Assembly: GCA_050287085.1 (NCBI GenBank)
Contig: JBNKBE010000018.1
Location: 67,864 to 131,863 of the forward strand
DNA: 64,000 bases
Direction of reading: 5' to 3'
From: Polyangiaceae bacterium
GTDB taxonomy: Bacteria; Myxococcota_A; Polyangia; Polyangiales; Polyangiaceae
The notes under the pieces were generated by a model. It saw only the letters and a list, made by a program, of their open reading frames with translations. It did no database searches and was not told the DNA's origin. Position numbers and translations under genes: made by a program. Positions 58,008 through 64,000 of the stretch are shown in pieces; positions within the stretch are counted from its first letter, which is position 1; each line of letters starts with the position of its first letter.

Positions 58008-58030
58008 CCCCGCAGCGTCGGGGCTTCCTT
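58006..58030 (+). terminator. Possible intrinsic terminator closing the ycaO-tfuA unit
   Basis: Hairpin agccccg-cagcgt-cggggct followed by tcctt, directly at the tfuA stop. Confidence 0.5.
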
Positions 58031-58217
58031 GTCGATACATTCATCCCATGTCCCGATAGCCAAAGTGGTTCAAACTCGGGTCCGGCGCCCCACATGGGAA
58101 CACCCACGGCGGAAGGAAAGGCAGAAGCGTCCCCAGACGCTCAAGTCATCAAGGCGTCGCGCCGTAGAGATGGATCGATCGTGGCCAAGCTCGCCCGATC
58201 GATCCAATCTGTAGGCA

Positions 58218-60011
58218 GTGCCGACGGAAGCTGCCGCCCATCGTACGACAGGTGGGGAGAATGGGGATAGGAGCGCAGACGCATCAAGTGCAGTCCGTTC
58301 TGCCGCGCGCGTCATCACGGAATCAGCGTTCGGAAGGCGTATCCGCATCCTGCTCTGCGGCGGCCTGCGCCAGCTCGGTCTGCTCTACGTCGCTACGATG
58401 CCTCTAGCCTGCGTTAGCGGATTGGACGATCTCTACCCAGCCCCCTGCGCTGCCGGCGCCAATTGCAGCGGCCCTGACGGTGGCGTTGACGACCGCCCCC
58501 ATACTGACGACAACCGAGCGACCGACACCGGAACTCCCGAGCCGGCATCCGCGCCGCAACTACTCGCCAGTGTGCCGCCCCACAACGCGGTTGACGTGGA
58601 CGTGTCGGCCTCGCTGCTCCTTGAGTTCGACCAAGCCGTACGCCCGGGCCCTGGCCATATCACACTCCGGAGCGCCGCTCAGGCCACCGTGGAAACGCTC
58701 CCCGCAACGGACGCCCGCGTGTCCTTCGTCAACAACGCGGTTGTGGTCACCTGGAGCCAGCCGTTGTCCTATGACTCGGACTACGAAGTCCACGTGGATG
58801 AAGACGCGGTGCTCGCAAACAGCGACGAAGGGGCAGCCTGGACGCCGACCATGGCCCTGACCTTTCGCACGATCGCGCCGCCCGCTCCGGTATTGATCCA
58901 CGTACAGCCAGCGGTCGGCGCAACCGATGTGGCCCCCAATGCGAACCTCGTGCTCACATTCTCGGAGCCCATTGCGCTGGGGCCCGGTAGCCTGGAACTG
59001 TGGGGCTCCGGCAACCTTGTCGAGCGCTTCAAGTTGGGCAGTCCCACGGCTACTCTCAGCGATGCCACCTTGACGCTGAATCCGACAGAGCCACTCATGA
59101 GCGCCACAACCTATGCGCTGAAGGTGGGTAGGGACGCCATAATATGCGAACACGGCGTCGCCTTTGGTGACTCGGAAGAGGTCGAAGTACTGAGCTTCAC
59201 AACCGCAAGCGAAGCGCCTTCGCCCCTTGTGCTGAGCGCCACTGTCCCGACCGCAGGCAGCCGCGACGTCGACCTCACGTCAGAGCTCTCCTTGACGTTC
59301 GAGACAGAAATCCGAGCTGGGACCGGCACCTGGGCTCTCTACAATGCCACATCCGAAGAACTGATCGAAAGCGCGACCATCGCCGACGCCCGCGTTTCCA
59401 TCAGCGCCAATACCGCTCGATTCACGCTCACAACCTCGCTAGCGCCGAGTTCGGAGTACTACGTCACCGTAGACGCCGGCAGCTTTGAAAGTCTCGAGGG
59501 TGCGGCGTTTCTGGGGCTTTCCGGCAATTCCTTGTGGACCTTCTCCACGCGCGACAAGCTCGCCGGCGAAGGCGAATGCCCAGCGGACTCCATCGCGTCA
59601 GCCAGCGGCCGCTGCTACTTCATATCCGCCTCGCAATCGACCTGGGACGGCGCTCGCTCGCTATGCCAAGAGCGCGGCCAGGGTTGGGACTTGGCAACCC
59701 CGCGCTCGGCGCAGCAACAACAAGAACTCGAAAAGCTCATCGACACCGAGACGTGGCTTGGGGCAAGCGACCTTGACGCCGCGGGCAGTTGGAAATGGGC
59801 AACTGACAGCGCAGAGTTTTGGCGGGGCGACGCCTCCGGTTCTGCTATCGACGATCAGTATACGCGGTGGGGTCCCATGCAGCCTCAGACGGACAGCGGA
59901 AGTGGGCATTGCGTCCGCCTGGTCTACGTCGGTGAGTACGGCAGTTGGCTCTGGGCTACGTCAAACTGCGGCTTCCGGTACAGCGTGATATGCGAGGGTT
60001 CTACGCAATAG
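58218..60011 (+). CDS. Probable lipoprotein with three Big_5/SbsA-type Ig-like repeats and a C-terminal C-type lectin domain (start uncertain)
   Basis: PLA-C lipobox-like motif; three P...A.DV.....L.L.F.(E/Q) repeats; CYF...TWDGARSLC...WLGASD...W...QP...C...W...C...ICE. Confidence 0.85.
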   Translation: MPTEAAAHRTTGGENGDRSADASSAVRSAARVITESAFGRRIRILLCGGLRQLGLLYVATMPLACVSGLDDLYPAPCAAGANCSGPDGGVDDRPHTDDNRATDTGTPEPASAPQLLASVPPHNAVDVDVSASLLLEFDQAVRPGPGHITLRSAAQATVETLPATDARVSFVNNAVVVTWSQPLSYDSDYEVHVDEDAVLANSDEGAAWTPTMALTFRTIAPPAPVLIHVQPAVGATDVAPNANLVLTFSEPIALGPGSLELWGSGNLVERFKLGSPTATLSDATLTLNPTEPLMSATTYALKVGRDAIICEHGVAFGDSEEVEVLSFTTASEAPSPLVLSATVPTAGSRDVDLTSELSLTFETEIRAGTGTWALYNATSEELIESATIADARVSISANTARFTLTTSLAPSSEYYVTVDAGSFESLEGAAFLGLSGNSLWTFSTRDKLAGEGECPADSIASASGRCYFISASQSTWDGARSLCQERGQGWDLATPRSAQQQQELEKLIDTETWLGASDLDAAGSWKWATDSAEFWRGDASGSAIDDQYTRWGPMQPQTDSGSGHCVRLVYVGEYGSWLWATSNCGFRYSVICEGSTQ

Positions 60012-60131
60012 CTCGACCGCCCTATCGCTGCCCAGGGGCCATGCGAGAGGTCTGGTGAGGGGCAGCTCGCAATCTCCACCACCGGCGCAGCAGCGTTGCT
60101 CTGTTTGGCTCTTGCACCCTATACTCCGCCA

Positions 60132-60908
60132 ATGACGATCAGCGACGAGGAGCGCGCCACCAGTGTACCCAACTTCGACTTACAAGACCGCGTTGCCGTT
60201 GTCACAGGCAGCACGCGTGGCATCGGCCGCGGCTTGGCAATCGCACTGTCCCAGCTCGGAACGCGCCTGGTGGTTACCGGAAGAGACGCAGGGCAGGTCG
60301 CTGCGCTGGCGAACGAACTCGACGCCGACAGCGAAGTCTTCGACGTAGCGTCGGTCGCTGACGTTCGGCGTGGTATCGACGCCATCGCGCAGCGCCACGG
60401 CCGCATCGATATTCTGGTCAACAACGCAGGACTGGGTGACAATCATGCCGCCCTAAACGTAACGGAAGCCGACTGGGATGGAATGTTTGCAGTCAACCTC
60501 AAAGGTCTGTTCTTCTGCTGCCAAAGCGCCGGGCGTCACATGATACAAAAGGGATTCGGTCGCATCATCAACATCAGCTCACAGGCGAGCCTGGTTGGGA
60601 TCCGCGACCACGCCGTTTATTGTGCCACCAAAGGGGGAGTAAACTCCTTGACGCAAGTGCTCGCCCTGGAATGGGCCCCCCATGGCATAACGGTAAATGC
60701 CATAGCGCCAACGTTCATTCGCACCCCCGGCACAGCTGAACGCCTCGACGACCCAGACACTCGGCGTGGCATCGTCGCGCGCATCCCAATCGGGGAAGTG
60801 GGAAATGTGGCTGATGTAGCGGGTGCGGTAGCCTACCTCGCATCCAAAGCGGCACGCCTCGTTACCGGAACCGTACTCACCGTCGACGGCGGCTGGACGG
60901 CGCAATAA
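60132..60908 (+). CDS. SDR family oxidoreductase
   Basis: TGSTRGIG, NNAG, YCATK and VDGGW motifs. Confidence 0.93.
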   Translation: MTISDEERATSVPNFDLQDRVAVVTGSTRGIGRGLAIALSQLGTRLVVTGRDAGQVAALANELDADSEVFDVASVADVRRGIDAIAQRHGRIDILVNNAGLGDNHAALNVTEADWDGMFAVNLKGLFFCCQSAGRHMIQKGFGRIINISSQASLVGIRDHAVYCATKGGVNSLTQVLALEWAPHGITVNAIAPTFIRTPGTAERLDDPDTRRGIVARIPIGEVGNVADVAGAVAYLASKAARLVTGTVLTVDGGWTAQ

Positions 60909-60921
60909 CAAACAATGGGGC

Positions 60922-63708
60922 ATGCCCCGTCTGTGCCGCGGTGAGATACCTACTAAGCCGGTCCGCGAAAGCGCTCGAATTCGGCAGTCGGCGCTGATAC
61001 AACGCGGCGTGCGCACCTCTCCGTCCCTGGTACTCGGCTGCTTAATCCTTGGCTGCTCGATTTCCCCCCCCGGGGTGCAACCAGATCAGACGACCAACCC
61101 CAGCTCGAGACCAGACAGCGGGCTCGGCGGAAGGTCAGGCCAAGAGCCGGATGAGACCGGTGGTCAACAAACAACCGAGGGGCCTCAGTCCCCCGATTCC
61201 GGGGTGCCTAATGATGCCCCCATGACGGAATGCGAGCCAGCAGCGCTAGAACCCTGCTGGGAGGCGGAGGACGGCTCCGCGCTGGCGGAACTGCCAAGCA
61301 ATCCACCGTTGGGCAACTGCCGCCTCGGCGTGCGTACGTGCGGTAGCGACGGGCGCTTCGGAATGTGTATTGGAGCAGTCGGTCCCACCGCGCAGGATAC
61401 CTGTGAAGGGGCGGGCTCAGACGACAACTGCAACGGCATTCCGAACGAGAACTGTTCCTGTGTCGCTGGAGAGAAGCGCCCTTGTGGCAGTGATGTCGGC
61501 AACTGCCAACTGGGTGAACAGACGTGCGGTGATGAAGGCTGGGGACAATGCGAAGGGGCGGTGCCCGCTGCTGCCGTGGACGGCTGCGACGTCGAAGGGA
61601 ACGACGCCAACTGCAATGGCGTGAGCAACGAAGGTTGCGTGTGCATCGGCTCGGAATCAGAACCTTGTGGGGAATGCGGCACTCGCACCTGTCGCCCGGA
61701 GAGCGGCCAGTGGCGGGCGTGCGAGGGAGGGGAAGTCACCGAGACTTGCGGACAAGACAATAACGGTCAGGTCGTATGGCAAGGCGCCGCCGTCGGCAGT
61801 TGCCGGGAAGGCCAACGCTCTTGCCTGAGTGACGGAACGTTCAGCGCCTGCACCGGAGCGGTGGGCCCCCAATCGGCGGACGACTGCGGAATTCCAGGAA
61901 ATGACGCGGACTGCGACGGGGACCCCAACTCGGGTTGTCCGTGTGTCAGCGGCGAGAGCCGCGCTTGCGGCAGCGACGTAGGCGCCTGTTCCAAAGGCAC
62001 ACAAGCGTGCAACGCTGGAGCCTGGGGTCCTTGCGAAGGCGAAGTCGGGCCTCAAGTGCAGGATAGTTGCGCCGTACTCGGCGACGACTCGAATTGCAAT
62101 GGCACCCCCAACGAGGGCTGCCCGTGTATTGGCAACGAGACCGAGAGCTGCGGTGACTGCGGCACTCGCGCCTGCACACCGGAAGCCCGACGTTGGGGCG
62201 CGTGTGTCGGGGCAGAGCTGACGGAGGCCTGCGGCGAAGACCCTACTGGGAAATTCGTATGGCAGGGGCCTAATAAGGGCAGTTGTCGCGAAGGTCAGCG
62301 CTCGTGCCAAAGCGACGGTACTTTCAGCGCGTGCGCGGGAGCCGTGGGGCCCAAATCTACCGACGACTGCAACGTTCCGGGAAACGACGCAAACTGCGAC
62401 GGTGAACCCAATTCTGACTGCACGTGCGTCACGGGTGACAAGCGCGCTTGCGGCAGCGATGTAGGAGCCTGCTCCAAGGGCACGCAAACCTGTAGTGCTG
62501 GGGCCTGGGGTTCCTGCGAAGGCGAAGTCGGGCCTCAGGTGCAGGACAGTTGTGCCGTGCTCGGCGACGACTCGAATTGCAATGGCATCCCCAACGAGGG
62601 CTGCCCGTGCATTGGCAACGAGACCGGCGACTGCGGTGACTGCGGCACGCATACCTGCTCGCCGAGTCAGCGCTCATGGGGCAGCTGCCAACGCAAGCAA
62701 GTGATCCAGGAGTGCACCCCCGGTAGCTCGACACAGCTCCGTACTTGCTCGAGCACTGGCACGTGGAACACCACGTCGTGTAGCAACGGCTGCTACAGCG
62801 GTCAGTGCGGGGAATGCCAAGCCGGCGACACCCGCTGTACCGGAACAAATGGCAACATCCCCCAGCGCTGCGTGGACGGCTTCTGGGTTAGCGACAACCC
62901 TTGCGGCGGTGCCACCCCCACATGCCAGGCATCGACAGCAACGTGTGTATGCGCCTCCAACGCAACACGCTGCGCAAACGCAACAACACCAGAGATGTGT
63001 GTGAGCGGAACATGGAGACCACAAGCCACTTGTGGTGAACCCACGCCGACCTGTCGCGAAGGTGCTTGCGTATGCAGCGAGTCCGCGCTGCGCTGCACTC
63101 CCGCAGGCTCCGCAGCGGCGCGGCAGCAGTGTGTCAACGGCAGCTGGCAAGCAACGGCCGAGTGCACCACACCGAACCCGATATGTACAGGCAACGGCGA
63201 CTGCGGCTGCACCCCATCGGATACCTACTGCCAAGCGCCCAATACGGTCGCCCGTTGCGATAATTCAAACCAATGGGTGCTCACGAAATGCGATGGGGGC
63301 CTCAACGCCTGCGACGGGGCAGGCCAGTGTCGCCGCTCCGCTACCGTGCCTGGCTACGTAGGGTGTGGGGGCACCCTGGTCTGTGATAGCGATCAGCAAT
63401 GCTGTTTCGACGCCGTCAGTGGGGTAGGCGTGTGCCAACCCGACACACCCAACGGGACGACTTGCGCCCAAAGCGAGAACTCTTTCGAGTTCAACTGCGA
63501 CGGCCCGAACGATTGCAGCGGGGGTGAGGTCTGTTGCGACAATGCCTACCGGCGACGGCTCTCGTTCTGCACGACGGATTGCTCCGGCACGGGCACTTCC
63601 GTCGTCTGCGACCCCGAGCAGGGCCTCCCATCCAATCCTGCCTGCCCCGCTGGCACGACGTGTCAGGCCACAACGGGCTCCGCCCCGGTGATGTGGCGGT
63701 GTAAGTAG
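60922..63708 (+). CDS. Large Cys-rich repeat lipoprotein (surface protein)
   Basis: LILG-C lipobox; many DxNCNGxxNEGC motifs; long internal repeats. Confidence 0.88.
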   Translation: MPRLCRGEIPTKPVRESARIRQSALIQRGVRTSPSLVLGCLILGCSISPPGVQPDQTTNPSSRPDSGLGGRSGQEPDETGGQQTTEGPQSPDSGVPNDAPMTECEPAALEPCWEAEDGSALAELPSNPPLGNCRLGVRTCGSDGRFGMCIGAVGPTAQDTCEGAGSDDNCNGIPNENCSCVAGEKRPCGSDVGNCQLGEQTCGDEGWGQCEGAVPAAAVDGCDVEGNDANCNGVSNEGCVCIGSESEPCGECGTRTCRPESGQWRACEGGEVTETCGQDNNGQVVWQGAAVGSCREGQRSCLSDGTFSACTGAVGPQSADDCGIPGNDADCDGDPNSGCPCVSGESRACGSDVGACSKGTQACNAGAWGPCEGEVGPQVQDSCAVLGDDSNCNGTPNEGCPCIGNETESCGDCGTRACTPEARRWGACVGAELTEACGEDPTGKFVWQGPNKGSCREGQRSCQSDGTFSACAGAVGPKSTDDCNVPGNDANCDGEPNSDCTCVTGDKRACGSDVGACSKGTQTCSAGAWGSCEGEVGPQVQDSCAVLGDDSNCNGIPNEGCPCIGNETGDCGDCGTHTCSPSQRSWGSCQRKQVIQECTPGSSTQLRTCSSTGTWNTTSCSNGCYSGQCGECQAGDTRCTGTNGNIPQRCVDGFWVSDNPCGGATPTCQASTATCVCASNATRCANATTPEMCVSGTWRPQATCGEPTPTCREGACVCSESALRCTPAGSAAARQQCVNGSWQATAECTTPNPICTGNGDCGCTPSDTYCQAPNTVARCDNSNQWVLTKCDGGLNACDGAGQCRRSATVPGYVGCGGTLVCDSDQQCCFDAVSGVGVCQPDTPNGTTCAQSENSFEFNCDGPNDCSGGEVCCDNAYRRRLSFCTTDCSGTGTSVVCDPEQGLPSNPACPAGTTCQATTGSAPVMWRCK
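61240..62690 (+). repeat. Three ~160-codon internal repeat units (boundaries approximate)
   Basis: gcttgcggcagcga occurs at 61963 and 62446 (period 483 bp = 161 aa); units 2 and 3 are highly similar and unit 1 is more diverged. Confidence 0.85.
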
Positions 63709-64000
63709 GCGACCTGGCGGCGCAGAGTTGCCCCTCAACCGGCACCCGCGCCGCCCAAGAGCGCCATCGGATCATGCTTGGAGGGCCTCGTCGAACACCC
63801 GGTCCGCGCCGCCAAAAGCGGCCCGCACTACGCTAGGATGCCCGGAAGCGTCTCGGTGACAAGCCCCCCGTCCGAACCAAACTGAGTTTGCTGCGAGCCC
63901 ATGGCCTGAACAGCAGTCAGTAGAGCTCGGCTCAGATTCTCGTCTTGGAAATTGTGGTGGCTATTGCCAGTCAAGCGCCCCCCCGCCTTGCCCGCCATCA

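Noticed and set aside
58029..58214. RiPP precursor downstream of tfuA
   Set aside because: TTG start with no SD, lies after the terminator-like hairpin, and has Arg/Ser/Pro-rich shadow-ORF composition.

Overview
GC-rich bacterial chromosome window whose gene content (Ser/Thr kinases, FHA proteins, an ECF sigma/TPR anti-sigma cassette, Cys-rich lipoproteins, a myxosortase-like protease) suggests Myxococcota, probably Polyangiales-like. This assignment is inferred from gene content only. The left ~36 kb looks like core genome: double-length uvrA, smpB, rpmE, prfA, psd, Fe-S proteins and a MATE transporter. The right ~28 kb looks accessory: an IS66 scrap, a possible tRNA-Ala 3' remnant, a tandem cytochrome P460 lipoprotein, a kinase-ATPase-TPR protein and adhesin-like proteins. 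The most notable items are: (1) a three-gene unit (unknown protein, ycaO, tfuA) closed by a terminator-like hairpin and lacking a visible small precursor peptide, a candidate protein-thioamidation system whose first gene has a NIPSNAP-like domain split by a large insertion plus two unknown repeats; (2) a CetZ/TubZ-like tubulin-superfamily gene running off the left edge, which the ORF track missed; (3) a lipoprotein with two cytochrome P460 domains; (4) a recurring leaderless-gene signature. No rRNA, intact tRNA, tmRNA or CRISPR array was seen. All family calls come from reading motifs by eye, not from database searches.
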